Counted from the first letter of the stretch, positions 9,948 to 20,722 are shown. The stretch is DNA of 64,000 nt from an uncultured Acidimicrobiales bacterium (GCA_963764615.1 CAVXTF010000002.1:1746745-1810744), one strand, 5' to 3'. Notes: a model not told the origin generated them from the letters alone. Made by a program: numbers and translations.

Positions 9948-12119
9948 TCAGCTCGGCACCGGTGCGCCGTCGGTGTCCGCCACTATCGCAAGACGGAGCT
10001 CGGCGATCTCGTCGCGGAGCAGCGCCGCCTCCTCGTACCGCATGTCGGCTGCAGCTTCGTTCATCGCCGCCTCCATGCGTTCGACGAGGAGTCGCAGGTC
10101 ACTGGATTCCATTCCCGTCAGGTCTCCTCCCTCGTCGTCCACCGCGTCCGCGGCGCCAATGGTCGGTCGACCGCCCCGGCGGTCGCGCATGCCCCGTGCG
10201 CTCTGCGCATATCCCTCGTCGCCGGTCAGCACCGATCGGCGCCCTCCCATGCGGCCCGGCCCTGAGGTCCCGCGGCCGCGGCCCCCTCTGGCCTTGCGGC
10301 CCTTCGAACCCTCGCTCCCGGCGGGCCTGATGCGTTCGAGTATGTCGGTCACGGCCTTGCGGACGGTCGACGGGTCGATCCCGTGCTCTGCGTTGTAGGC
10401 CTGTTGCTTCGCCCGGCGGCGCTGAGTCTCCGAGATGGCAGATCGCATGGCGTCGGTGATCGTGTCGGCATAGAGCACTACCTGACCGTCCACGTTGCGC
10501 GCTGCCCTGCCCATGGTCTGCACAAGAGACGATGCCGACCGTAAGAAGCCCTCTTTGTCGGCGTCGAGGATCGCCACCAGCGAGACTTCGGGAAGGTCGA
10601 GCCCCTCGCGAAGCAGGTTGATGCCCACGAGCACGTCGATCGCTCCCAGCCGAAGGTCGCGCAGAAGCTCGATCCGGGTGATCGTGTCGATGTCGGAGTG
10701 CAGGTACTGGACCCGGACGCCGAGCTCCAGCAGGTAGTCGGTCAGATCCTCTGCCATCTTCTTCGTGAGCGTCGTGACGAGGATCCTGCCGCCCCGCTCG
10801 GTCGCGACCCGGATGCGCGAGAGGAGGTCGTCGATCTGTCCCGTGGTCGGTTGCACGATCACTTCGGGGTCCACGAGGCCCGTCGGACGGATGACCTGCT
10901 CGGCCACCCTGCCCGACACGCGCAGCTCGTACGCGCTCGGGGTCGCCGACAAGAACAGGACCTGACCGAGGCGCTCCTGGCACTCCTCGAACGTGAGCGG
11001 CCGGTTGTCGAGCGCCGACGGGAGCCTGAACCCGTGTTCGACGAGGACGCGTTTGCGCGACTGGTCGCCCTCGTACTGTCCGTGGAGCTGCGGAACAGAT
11101 ACATGGCTCTCGTCGAGAACGGTAAGAAAGTCGGGAGGGAAGAAGTCGAGAAGCGTGTGGGGAGGCTCCCCCTGCTGTCTTCCGTCGAGGTGCCTGCTGT
11201 AGTTCTCTATCCCGCTGCAGACACCGACCTCGGCGAGCATCTCGAGGTCGTGGCGGGTCCTCATCCTGAGACGCTGGGCCTCGAGGAGCTTGTTCTCCGA
11301 CTGCAGCTCCTTCAGGCGGACCTCGAGCTCGCCTTCTATGGACTCGATGGCGCGCTTCATGGTTTCGTCGCCCGCCACGTAGTGGGTGGAGGCGAACACG
11401 ATCAGCTCCTCGAGCTCCTCGCCGAGCTCACCTGTGAGGGCGTCGTAGCGGCGGATCCTCTCCACCTCGTCGCCGAACAGCTCGATGCGGACCCCGAGCT
11501 CCTCGTAGGCAGGGTGCAGCTCTACGGTGTCGCCCCGCGCCCTGAAGCGGCCCCTCGCCAGAACGTGGTCGTTGCGGGTGTAATGGAGCTCGACGAGCCG
11601 GCGAAGCAGCTCGCGCTGGTCGATCGTGTCACCGGGCCTGACCACGAGGATCCGGTTCTTGTACTCCTCGGGAGACCCGAGGCCGTATATGCACGACACC
11701 GACGCCACGACGATCACGTCGCGCCGCAGGAGCAGGCTCGAGGTGGTCGAATGGCGGAGGCGGTCGATCTCGTCGTTGATCGACGAGTCCTTCTCGATGT
11801 AGGTGTCGGTCGTGGGAAGGTACGCCTCTGGCTGGTAGTAGTCGTAATACGAGACGAAGTACTCCACCCTGTTCTTCGGGAACAGCTCCTTTAGCTCCGA
11901 CGCCAGCTGGGCCGCCAGGGACTTGTTGGGCTCGATGACGAGCGTCGGTCGCTGGACCGCCTCGATCGTCCACGCGACGGTGGCGGTCTTGCCGCTGCCG
12001 GTAATGCCGAGCAGCGTCTGGAACCGCTCGCCTGCGAGGACGCCATCCGCCAGGGCGCGGATCGCGGCCGGCTGGTCACCAGCCGGCCTGAAAGGCGAGA
12101 TCACCTCGAAAGGCGCCAC
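9948..12119 (-). CDS. uvrB: excinuclease ABC subunit B
   Basis: 723 aa. N-terminus [20 protein letters not shown], Walker [13 protein letters not shown] box, and a C-terminal UVR domain ([17 protein letters not shown]). GTG start at 12119. Confidence 0.95.
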   Translation of the reverse strand: MAPFEVISPFRPAGDQPAAIRALADGVLAGERFQTLLGITGSGKTATVAWTIEAVQRPTLVIEPNKSLAAQLASELKELFPKNRVEYFVSYYDYYQPEAYLPTTDTYIEKDSSINDEIDRLRHSTTSSLLLRRDVIVVASVSCIYGLGSPEEYKNRILVVRPGDTIDQRELLRRLVELHYTRNDHVLARGRFRARGDTVELHPAYEELGVRIELFGDEVERIRRYDALTGELGEELEELIVFASTHYVAGDETMKRAIESIEGELEVRLKELQSENKLLEAQRLRMRTRHDLEMLAEVGVCSGIENYSRHLDGRQQGEPPHTLLDFFPPDFLTVLDESHVSVPQLHGQYEGDQSRKRVLVEHGFRLPSALDNRPLTFEECQERLGQVLFLSATPSAYELRVSGRVAEQVIRPTGLVDPEVIVQPTTGQIDDLLSRIRVATERGGRILVTTLTKKMAEDLTDYLLELGVRVQYLHSDIDTITRIELLRDLRLGAIDVLVGINLLREGLDLPEVSLVAILDADKEGFLRSASSLVQTMGRAARNVDGQVVLYADTITDAMRSAISETQRRRAKQQAYNAEHGIDPSTVRKAVTDILERIRPAGSEGSKGRKARGGRGRGTSGPGRMGGRRSVLTGDEGYAQSARGMRDRRGGRPTIGAADAVDDEGGDLTGMESSDLRLLVERMEAAMNEAAADMRYEEAALLRDEIAELRLAIVADTDGAPVPS

Positions 12120-12127
12120 TGGGACAA

Positions 12128-12149
12128 GGGTAGCGACGCGGTGTGACAG
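12128..12149 (-). promoter_or_regulatory. candidate RecA-independent DNA-damage (PafBC-type) promoter of uvrB
   Basis: The minus strand reads TGTCACAC-N8-TACCCT, followed by 8 nt and then the uvrB GTG. This compares with the published actinobacterial RecA-NDp motif tTGTCRgtg-N8-TAnnnT. The core, spacing and -10 hexamer fit; the gtg triplet does not. Confidence 0.3.
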
Positions 12150-12245
12150 TCCCGCCAGGGCGGCCTCCTCGACCGCTCAGACACCTCCCGGGCCTGCCGA
12201 GACCCCTCCGATAGCATCCGCAGGCGTGTCCGAAGGCCCGGAGGG

Positions 12246-12998
12246 GTGCCGGTGAAGACCCTTATCCTCTGTGGAGGCAAAGGAACGCGTGCGTACCCCC
12301 ACAGCCTCGAGATGCCGAAGCCGCTCATGACGGTTGGCGACGAGCCGATCCTCCGTCACCTGATGCGCATCTATGCGAGGCAGGGTTTCACCGAGTTCGT
12401 CCTCGCGGGCGGATACAGGGCCGACCTTCTGGTCACGTTCGCAGAGGGCCTTCCCCCCGACTGGAGCGCCCAGGTCATCGACACAGGGGAAGACACCGGG
12501 ACAGCCGGACGGATCGCGCGCTGCCGCGCGGCTCTCGGTGGGACCTTCTTCGCCACCTACGGGGACGGCCTCGCGTCGATCGACCTCAGGTCGCTTCTCG
12601 ACTTCCACCGGTCCCACCCGGGTTCTGTGACCGTCACTACAGTGCCGCTCCCCTCTCCTTACGGCACGCTCGTGTGGGACGAGAATGGGCGCGTCTCGTC
12701 CTTCGTAGAGAAGCCCAGCCTGCCCGATCACTGGATCAACGCGGGGTTCTTCGTAATGGACGAACGGGCCTTCGACAACTGGCAGGGAGACGACCTCGAG
12801 CGAGACGTTCTCCCGACGCTCGCCGAGGCGGGCGAGCTGTACGTGCACAGGCACGCCGGTTTCTGGCGCTCGATGGACACCTACAAAGACGCATTGGAGC
12901 TGAGTGCCCTTTGCCGGGAAGGAGAAGGCCCGTGGACGACCTCGCAGGCGTCCGAGTCCTCGTCACAGGTGCCACTGGCTTCATCGGATCGCATCTGA
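12246..12998 (+). CDS. rfbF: glucose-1-phosphate cytidylyltransferase-like nucleotidyltransferase
   Basis: 250 aa with LILCGGKGTRAYP...MPKPLM, DTGEDTGTAGRI, YGDGLASIDL, WINAGFFVM and GFWRSMDTYKD...GEGPW. This is an RfbF-like pattern along the whole length. The 3' end overlaps the next gene by 67 nt. Confidence 0.7.
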   Translation: MPVKTLILCGGKGTRAYPHSLEMPKPLMTVGDEPILRHLMRIYARQGFTEFVLAGGYRADLLVTFAEGLPPDWSAQVIDTGEDTGTAGRIARCRAALGGTFFATYGDGLASIDLRSLLDFHRSHPGSVTVTTVPLPSPYGTLVWDENGRVSSFVEKPSLPDHWINAGFFVMDERAFDNWQGDDLERDVLPTLAEAGELYVHRHAGFWRSMDTYKDALELSALCREGEGPWTTSQASESSSQVPLASSDRI

Positions 12999-13906
12999 CC
13001 CGGCGCCTCGTAGACGAGGCGGCCGAGGTCCACGCGCTCACGAGCACCGTCTCGTCGGTGTACCCGGTACGCCTCGTAGAACTGAGGGACCGGATCACCC
13101 TACACGGGGGGAACCTCAACGACGGCGGGGCCATGGACTCGGTGGTCGGGCGCGTCCGGCCTCAGGTCGTGTTCCATCTGGGTGCGTACACACATGTCGG
13201 CAAGTCGTGGGACCGCGTGGACGAGTGCATCCAGACCAACATCCACGGAACCGTGAACCTGCTCCAGTCGCTCGCCCGCGAAGGTTACGACCGCTTCGTC
13301 TACACGAGCACGAGCGAGGTGTACGGAGACGTCGCCGTTCCGTTCAGAGAGGACGCTCTCGTAGACCCGCTTTCCCCTTATGCCGTGAGCAAGTACGCAG
13401 GAGAGCGCTTCTGCCGAATGCTTCGCCGGGGGCGGTCCTGGCCGATCGTGGTGGTCAGGCCGTTCAACGCCTACGGTCCCGCTCAGAGCCCCGACAGGGT
13501 GGTCCCCGAGATAATCGTGAAGGCTCTCCGAAACGAGCGGCTCCTCATGACAGAGGGTCTCCAGACGCGGGAGTTCAACTACGTGGAGGACCTGATCGAC
13601 GGGTTCATCCGCTCCGCCACGGTCCCGGGGATAGAGGGCGAGGTGTTCAACATCGGCGGCGGCGAGGAGGTCTCCATGAGGAGTCTCGCCACGACCATCC
13701 TCGAACTGATGGGCGATCCGATCTCACCGGAGTTCGGCGCGCTTCCCAATCGGCCGACTGAGATCTGGTCCATGCGAAGTGACGTCACCAAGGCTCGTGA
13801 CGTCCTCGGTCTCGAGCCTGCCCGGCCGCTCAAAGAGGGTCTCGAGCGCACCATTTCGTGGTACCGGCAGGAGCTTCAGAAGTCCGGCTCCCTGTTCTCG
13901 GCCTGA
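12932..13906 (+). CDS. NAD-dependent epimerase/dehydratase family protein (extended SDR)
   Basis: Motifs VLVTGATGFIGSHL, TSTSEVYGD and YAVSK (YxxxK). A GGAGAAGG Shine-Dalgarno sequence precedes the GTG at 12932. The longest ORF (from 12674) has an implausible N-terminus. Confidence 0.75.
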   Translation: MDDLAGVRVLVTGATGFIGSHLTRRLVDEAAEVHALTSTVSSVYPVRLVELRDRITLHGGNLNDGGAMDSVVGRVRPQVVFHLGAYTHVGKSWDRVDECIQTNIHGTVNLLQSLAREGYDRFVYTSTSEVYGDVAVPFREDALVDPLSPYAVSKYAGERFCRMLRRGRSWPIVVVRPFNAYGPAQSPDRVVPEIIVKALRNERLLMTEGLQTREFNYVEDLIDGFIRSATVPGIEGEVFNIGGGEEVSMRSLATTILELMGDPISPEFGALPNRPTEIWSMRSDVTKARDVLGLEPARPLKEGLERTISWYRQELQKSGSLFSA

Positions 13907-13926
13907 GGGCGGACGAACCGGTATCC

Positions 13927-15975
13927 ATGGGGGGCCCCGGGATTGCCCAGGTGGCAGGCACGACCGGAGCCGTGACGGAAACTTCCGCACCGGGCGGAGA
14001 ACGCGGCGCCGAAGAGGCTCCCGGCCGCCACGGTATTGAGCGAACCGCCGCGTCCGGTTCGCGCAGAGGGCGGTCCGCGGCGGGTGTCGCGGTCGCGTTC
14101 GCCGGCTACCTGGCTCTTGCGATCGGCCTTTGGTGGAACGTGTGGTCGACGCACCCGACGAGCGTCACGAGCTGCGCCTGCGGTGACGCCTCGTTGTTCA
14201 TCTGGTTCTTGGAGTGGCCGGCGTACGCGATCGCACACGGGCACGACCCGTTCTATTCCACGGCGCTGTTCCACCCGTCTGGCATAAACCTGCTTTCGAA
14301 CACGAGCGTTCTCGCGGTCGGTGTCGTGCTCGCCCCTGTCACCTGGTTGTTCGGTCCGGTCGCCACCATGAACGTTGCGTCGACTCTCGGCCCTGCGCTG
14401 TCTGCGCTAGCCATGTTCTGGCTACTTAGGCGCTGGGTGAATTGGACGCCCGCCGCTTTCGTCGGCGGCCTCCTGTTCGGGTTCTCGCCCTTCGTGTTCG
14501 TAAATGTGGTGGGCGGGCACCTGATGACGACGTTCCTGGCCGTCGTGCCACTCATCGTCGCCTGCCTCGACGAGATCTTCGTCCGCCAGACGAAGAGACC
14601 GATGCGAGTGGGGATCACTCTCGGACTGCTCGTGACGCTCCAGTTCTTCTTGAGCACCGAGGTGCTCGTCATCTGTCTGATCTGTGGCGTAGTCGCATTG
14701 CCCCTGCTCTTGCTCCATGCGGCCGCGAGTGATCCGGGCACGATCACTCACCGGGCGTCCTACGCATTGCGCGCCCTGGCCGTGGCCGCGTCTGTATCGA
14801 TCATCCTGCTCGCCTATCCCTTGTGGTTCGCCCTCGACGGCCCGGCACACTTGGCGGGACTCATATGGCCCACACTTCCCCCGGGGGCGGGCGGGATTGC
14901 GCTCGGAAACGTCTGGCATGTTGGCTACCAGACGGCATTGCGGAATCTGATGCAGATCGTCGGAGGCTACGAGGGACCGGCGTTGCCCCAGGCCGAATTC
15001 CTCGGTTTGGGAGTTCTGATCGTCGTAGCTCTTGGGATCCTTGGGTGGAGACGCGATCGTCGCCTCTGGTTCTTCTGCGGCCTCGGGGTTCTGACGACGA
15101 TTCTCTCTCTGGGAGTGAACACGCACTTCTGGGTTCCGTGGAACCTCCTCGCGCACGTCCCGCTCGTGAGGAGCATCGTCCCCTCGCGCTTCTTCCTTGC
15201 GACGACCCTTTGCGCCGCCGCCGCCGTATCCATCGTCGTGGACCGCGCGCACAGCAGTGTTGCCGATCGGGGCCGCCGGATCGCCGGGTCGCATTCGGTT
15301 CGGGCATCGAGAGCGTGGCCGGTTTCGATTCTGGCGTCGGTGGTCGCCCTCGGGATCTCGGCGGTTGCCGTCGCTCCTGTCACTGCGGCTGTCGCGACGA
15401 ACGTGCCCATCACCACGAGGGACGTGACGCTCCCGCGATGGTTCGCGGAGGCCGGCCCTGGTCTTGCAGCGGGTCAGGTGGTGCTGGCCTACCCCGCGCC
15501 GTTCACGCTCGTTCAGTCCTCGATGGCCTGGCAGGCCGTGGACCTGCTCCGGTTCGCGCTCGTCGGTGGCGGGGGGCCGGGGGGCGTGCCGGAGCGAGCA
15601 GGCAAGGAGCGAGCGGGATTCGAGGTGGTGAGCGCCATGTCGTTCTCGCTCGACGGCCCCCCTTCGCCCAGTCCCGCGAACATCGAAGCGGTGAGGGAGG
15701 CGCTCGCCGGCTGGCGCGTGACGATCGTTGTCGTGCCAGACCCCGCGGGGCTGCCCCGCTACGACCAGGGCACCGACCCCGCGTCCGCACTCGGCCTGTT
15801 CACGGTTTCCATCGGCCGCCCGCCTCGGTTCGTGGACGACGCTTGGGTCTGGACCCGCGTGCAGGCGCCAGGCGCGAGCCTCGAGATATCCACATCGGCG
15901 TTCGATCGCTGCACGAACGCAACCCTTTCCGCCGTGACATCGTGTGTCATCGCCTCGTCCGGGCCCGGCAACTGA
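13927..15975 (+). CDS. large polytopic membrane protein, GT-C-like glycosyltransferase candidate (paralog A)
   Basis: About 683 aa from the ATG at 13927. It has many hydrophobic helices, a first-loop CGDASLFIWFLEWPAYAIAHGH motif, and a ~180-aa C-terminal soluble domain. The family is not named; the function is inferred from architecture only. Confidence 0.55.
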   Translation: MGGPGIAQVAGTTGAVTETSAPGGERGAEEAPGRHGIERTAASGSRRGRSAAGVAVAFAGYLALAIGLWWNVWSTHPTSVTSCACGDASLFIWFLEWPAYAIAHGHDPFYSTALFHPSGINLLSNTSVLAVGVVLAPVTWLFGPVATMNVASTLGPALSALAMFWLLRRWVNWTPAAFVGGLLFGFSPFVFVNVVGGHLMTTFLAVVPLIVACLDEIFVRQTKRPMRVGITLGLLVTLQFFLSTEVLVICLICGVVALPLLLLHAAASDPGTITHRASYALRALAVAASVSIILLAYPLWFALDGPAHLAGLIWPTLPPGAGGIALGNVWHVGYQTALRNLMQIVGGYEGPALPQAEFLGLGVLIVVALGILGWRRDRRLWFFCGLGVLTTILSLGVNTHFWVPWNLLAHVPLVRSIVPSRFFLATTLCAAAAVSIVVDRAHSSVADRGRRIAGSHSVRASRAWPVSILASVVALGISAVAVAPVTAAVATNVPITTRDVTLPRWFAEAGPGLAAGQVVLAYPAPFTLVQSSMAWQAVDLLRFALVGGGGPGGVPERAGKERAGFEVVSAMSFSLDGPPSPSPANIEAVREALAGWRVTIVVVPDPAGLPRYDQGTDPASALGLFTVSIGRPPRFVDDAWVWTRVQAPGASLEISTSAFDRCTNATLSAVTSCVIASSGPGN

Positions 15976-18082
15976 GCTGGTTGTGACCGATCAGGACACG
16001 CTTGCGGCGACCCCCGACCAGGAGGATGCGTCCGACGGCGAGCCGGTTTCCTCGCCCGAGCCCGATGGCGCGGCTAAGGGGGTTCTCAGGTCGGCCGCCA
16101 CCTTGGGTGTGGCGTTCGCGTTCTATCTGGGACTTTCCGTGCTGCTCTGGTGGGGGGCCTGGTCCAGCCACCCGACCACTGTCACCACATGTGCCTGCAA
16201 CGACCCGTCTCTATTCGTCTGGTTCCTCGAATGGCCCGCGTACGCAATCGCGCACGGCCACAACCTGTTCTATTCGACGTCTCTTTTTCACCCGCAAGGG
16301 ATAAACCTGCTTTCGAACACCGGAGTTCTCTCTCTCGGAGTGCCACTGGCACCAGTCACGTGGTTGTTCGGCCCTGTCGCGACATTGAACGTCGCTTCGA
16401 CTCTCGGTCCTGCCTTGTCGGCTCTTGCCATGTTCTGGCTCCTGCGACGTTTCGTCAGCTGGGCCCCTGCCGCGTTCGCCGGCGGGCTCGTGTTCGGTTT
16501 TTCGCCCTTCGCCTTCGACAACCTGGCGGTGGCTCACCTGAACACCGAGCTGCTCGCTCTCGTGCCCCTCACGATCGGCTGCCTCGACGAGTTGTGCATG
16601 CGACAGTCAAGACGATGGCCCCTCGTCGGAGCGGCCCTCGGACTGCTGGTGACGGTTCAGTTCTTCTTGAGCACGGAGATGCTCGTCATCATCGGGTTCT
16701 GCGCCGTCGCCGGTCTCGTGATCCTTGTTCTCTATGCTGCAGTCTTCAGGCGGACAGAGCTGCTCACCAAGGCGCCACATGCGCTCGGCGGCTTTGCGGT
16801 CGCCATCACCGTGGCTGTGGTCCTGCTCAGCTATCCGGTCTGGTTCGCTCTCGACGGTCCGGCACACCTGTCGGGCCTGGTGTGGCCCATCGCCAAACCC
16901 GGAATTGCAGGAATCGACCTCGGCAACCTCTGGCACCTGCGATTCCTGGGTGCACAAGCAGTGCATCTCTTCGCCGGGTACGAAGGCCCGGCGCTACCTC
17001 AGGCCGAATATCTGGGAGTCGGCCTCCTAGGCGTGCTCGGCGCGGGCCTCGTTTCGTATCGACGCGATCTCAGACTCTGGTTCTTCGGCGCGGTCGGCCT
17101 GGTGAGCGTCGCGCTCTCCCTTCCCGTCACGAGCAGCTACTGGGTGCCCTGGCGCGTGCTCGAACACGTTCCCCTCGTTCAGAACGTCGCGGCAGCGAGA
17201 TTTTTCGGAATGACCACTGCGTGCGCCGCCATCATGCTCGGAGTAATCGTCGACCGCACACATGCGACCGCGTACGGCGTCATCGCCCGCCTGATCAACC
17301 GGTTCCGAAGTGCACGCACGTCTTCTCACCGCGCCGTCGACGCGGTGAGCTCGGCTTTGCGATCGGGCGTGGGTCGAGCTAGCGATCGTCGCCGCCTTAC
17401 AGGAGTTGCCGGCATCGTTGGCGGTGGCGCCGCGGCGGCAGTTGCACTGGCCGTCGCTGCTGTGGCGTTAGTCCCCATGGGATCCGCGGTCGCCGAGAAC
17501 GTCCCACTCACGACACAAGGCGTAGCCCTGCCGAAGTGGTTCGCCAACGACGGAGCCCATCTGGCGGCGGGACAAGTCGTACTTGCATACCCCCCGCCGG
17601 TTACCGGCGGCTCAGCGATGACATGGCAGGCGATAGACCTTCTTCGTTTCGCAATGGCGACCGGAGGAGGACCAGAGAGCATCCCGGCACGCGCTGGAAA
17701 AGAGCGAGCAGGCCTCGACGTCATCACGCAGGCTTCTTTGATCCTGTCACCTCCACCCCCGGCGACGACGTCCAACGTCGAGGCAGTACGTCAGGCATTG
17801 TCGGGATGGGGGGTGACGATCGTCGTCGTGCCGGACCCCGCAGGTCTCGAGCCTCACTATTCCCGCGCTGCGAGTACCGCGTGGGCGCTCGGGATGTTCA
17901 CCCTGGCGATAGGACGCCCGCCCAGGTTCGAAGACGATGCGTGGGTCTGGACGGGAGTGCGGTCGCCCAGTCGTCGCATGGCGATAACAGCTCGAGCTTT
18001 CGCAACCTGCACGGGTGCGGGTCTTTCGGTCACGGCAGACCCTCTGGGTGTGCCGGACTGCGTACTCCGGCCGGCCGCCTGA
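15944..18082 (+). CDS. large polytopic membrane protein, GT-C-like glycosyltransferase candidate (paralog B)
   Basis: 712-aa ORF collinear with paralog A (shared blocks FLEWPAYAIAHGH, GINLLSNT, NVASTLGPALSALAMFWLLRR, YEGPALPQAE, VTIVVVPDPAGL). The start is either 15944 or the GTG at 15983. Confidence 0.55.
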   Translation: MSSPRPGPATELVVTDQDTLAATPDQEDASDGEPVSSPEPDGAAKGVLRSAATLGVAFAFYLGLSVLLWWGAWSSHPTTVTTCACNDPSLFVWFLEWPAYAIAHGHNLFYSTSLFHPQGINLLSNTGVLSLGVPLAPVTWLFGPVATLNVASTLGPALSALAMFWLLRRFVSWAPAAFAGGLVFGFSPFAFDNLAVAHLNTELLALVPLTIGCLDELCMRQSRRWPLVGAALGLLVTVQFFLSTEMLVIIGFCAVAGLVILVLYAAVFRRTELLTKAPHALGGFAVAITVAVVLLSYPVWFALDGPAHLSGLVWPIAKPGIAGIDLGNLWHLRFLGAQAVHLFAGYEGPALPQAEYLGVGLLGVLGAGLVSYRRDLRLWFFGAVGLVSVALSLPVTSSYWVPWRVLEHVPLVQNVAAARFFGMTTACAAIMLGVIVDRTHATAYGVIARLINRFRSARTSSHRAVDAVSSALRSGVGRASDRRRLTGVAGIVGGGAAAAVALAVAAVALVPMGSAVAENVPLTTQGVALPKWFANDGAHLAAGQVVLAYPPPVTGGSAMTWQAIDLLRFAMATGGGPESIPARAGKERAGLDVITQASLILSPPPPATTSNVEAVRQALSGWGVTIVVVPDPAGLEPHYSRAASTAWALGMFTLAIGRPPRFEDDAWVWTGVRSPSRRMAITARAFATCTGAGLSVTADPLGVPDCVLRPAA

Positions 18083-20671
18083 CATGAGCACCACTGCGCA
18101 TCCGCGCTTTCGGATCAGGTCCTCCCGAGGCGTCTGACCTCTTCCGTCGAGCTTCCGTGGAGCGTCGCCGGCGGAATACGACGACCATCACCGACCCCGC
18201 CAGCACTGCGGTCGAGACGAGGCTAAGGATCCAGCCATCGGTGAAGCTCGAGGGGTCGTAGGTGAACACGATGCGGTCGTCACCGGAAGGGACGTGGACC
18301 CCGCGAAGCAGGTAGTCGACCTCGTCGATCTGCGCCGGCCTGCCGTTCACGGTCACCGTCCAGCCTGGGTAATAGGTGTCGGACAGCACGAGCTCAGACG
18401 ACCGGTTGGCGTGCGCGTCGATGGTCACCTGCTCAGCTCCGTAATCGGTGATGCGAGCGGAACCGGGTGATTGGGACGGATCGCCTGATTGTGCCAGCCA
18501 CGGAAGTGATTGGCCTGCGATCAGCGACCGACTTGGGTCGAAGCCGGCTGCGCCGATGGCTGTCAGTTGCGCCTGGTCTCCCTTCACCACCTCTTCGCTA
18601 CCGACCAACCATGTGCGTGGCAGCGCGTTGTCGTTTGCGTAAATGGTGGCGTCGGGCCCGTTGTAGGCGATATGAACGCCCGGCATCTGTAGCGGGATCT
18701 CTCCCTTCTGCTCGAGAAGGTCCGTCACTCCGAGCAGGGACAGGATCCTCGAGCGCGACGGGTCTCAGAACCAGTTGGAGCACCGGCACTGCAGCGGTGT
18801 CCAAGGGCAGCAGCGGGGTGGGCGGCCCGACGTACCGGCTCCACATCTCACCGAAGCGCCCGATCACGGGAAGGTCGTACCCACGTGCGTCGTACAGGCC
18901 GAAGTCGATGTTGACGTCCGGGGGGAGTGGATTGGCTCCCACATAGGGCGCTACCGCAACGAAACGAGCCGGACGCTGCTGCTGGAGATACCTGATCGCC
19001 GGTGTCGCGGGCTGGACCGCGTGAGAGTCGGGGATCGCGGGGTTCTCCCCCATGCCCGCCTGGAAGAGGTCCCCGACCACGAGAAGAATTGCGAGGACAG
19101 CAAAGATGCCCGGTCGCAGCCTACGTCCGAGGCGCAGATACACCAGGGCACAGGCGGCGCCGGCGATCGTCACCCAGATCACGACAGCGGTCATATGGAC
19201 GATCGGCCCGTCGTGAGCCGTCCCGGCCAAAGGTCGTCGCGCGAATGCCCAAGCGATGTCCACCGCACGGCCGAGGTAACGCCACGAGGTCGCCCGGGTC
19301 GCGACGACGATGATCACCGGCAGCACCAGGAGCGAACCAGGTATCGCTGCCGCCGCGACGAAGCAACGCCGGTCGAAGAGCCGTTCCATCAGATCATCGA
19401 GCCCCCATCCTGCGAGCAGCGCGACACAGAGCAGATAGAGGATCGTCATACGGCTCAGATACGTGGCGTCGAAGCCGGGCAACCGGCCGACGATGCCGAA
19501 CACGGGCTGGATCCCGAGGACGAGAAGTACGCAGAACAGGCCGAACAGCGCGATGACGATCCGTTCGACCCGAGCGCGCAAGAGCGCGACCAGGCCGAGC
19601 ATCAAAGGCAGGGCGCCCGCGTAGAAGGCGGTCTCGATCTCGAAGCTGTTGGGTACGTCGTTGAAGTAAGTCGGCAGCAGCGAGGCAAAGAAGAACTTCG
19701 GCTGGACATAGACGATGCTGCGCGGGCGTGACGTAAGGTCCGAAGAGTTCCTCAGCAGCTCGACGAACGGGAGGATCGCGACACCCGCGACCGCAGTGCC
19801 GACGACGATCGCGAGCACGAAACAGATGACCGCCGCGCGACACGATCTGAACAGCGCACCCAGCCTCGAACTTCCACGGCGACCGGCCTCACCGCGTCGC
19901 CCGAACGCCGCCGCCGGGCTCCTGCAAGACACGAAGCACGAAGTAGCAGGCGACAGCGAACAACGCCTGGAAGCTGGATTCCGGATGGCCGCCAAAGAAC
20001 TGAAGAGCGACGACGCCGCCCAGCCCGGCGACGGAAAGCACCCCTGGGCGACGGATCAACCTCTCGGTCGCGAACAGCATCCAAGGGATGAGAGGGAACA
20101 CATTGGCGAGGGGCCACGGCAGCCACACGATAAGGAACAGGCCGAACCCGTAGACGGTCCCGCACAAGAAGGCTCCCGCGAACCTCATCTTCAACGCCCT
20201 CGCCAGCAAGAAGGCGCCCATCGCCGCGACGACCACCTTCATCACCGCGATGACGCTCAACGACCACCAGAAAGGAAGCACGTACGCGGGCAAGCTGAAG
20301 GGCGAGAAGATCGCCGACTGCATGTCGCCCAGATACGGCGTTCCACCCATGATGTAGGGGTCCCAAAGCGGGATGTGCGGTAGCTGAGACCTTGTGTACT
20401 GCAAGAACGGCTCGAAGACAGTCGTCGGATCGACGAGCTGGATGTTGGACCCGACCAGCAGAGGGTGTCTGCTCCAGACGAAAAGGCCGCTCGGCATCGA
20501 GGTGTTCCACGGGGCGGTGCTCCACAGGTAGTCGGAGGCCGACGTCGTGTGTCCAGGTAGCAGCCCGGGCCCGAAGAAGATCACGCCGAGCAGCGTGTAG
20601 AGCACCAATGCAACAACGACCGGATGGGTCTGTGCCCAGCTCAGCAGGCCAGTGGGGACCTTCCGGCGCAT
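18030..20671 (-). pseudogene. YfhO-family membrane protein split over three frames (two frameshifts, or sequencing errors)
   Basis: Track ORFs 19889..20671, 18598..19995 and 18030..18728 are the N-terminal, middle and C-terminal thirds of a single ~880-aa YfhO-like protein. Supporting motifs are PLWDPYIMGGTPYLGD in the N-terminal third and YYPGWTVTVNGRPA in the C-terminal third. Frame changes fall near 19890 and near 18745. Confidence 0.7.
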
Positions 20672-20722
20672 AAGTCGCGCAAGGCTAGCGACGCGTCAAC
20701 AGTCAAGTACATTCACCAGCCT

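Noticed and set aside
9871-12245. LexA SOS boxes (TCGAAC-N4-GTTCGA type) upstream of uvrA and uvrB.
   Set aside because: No such palindrome is present in either upstream region.
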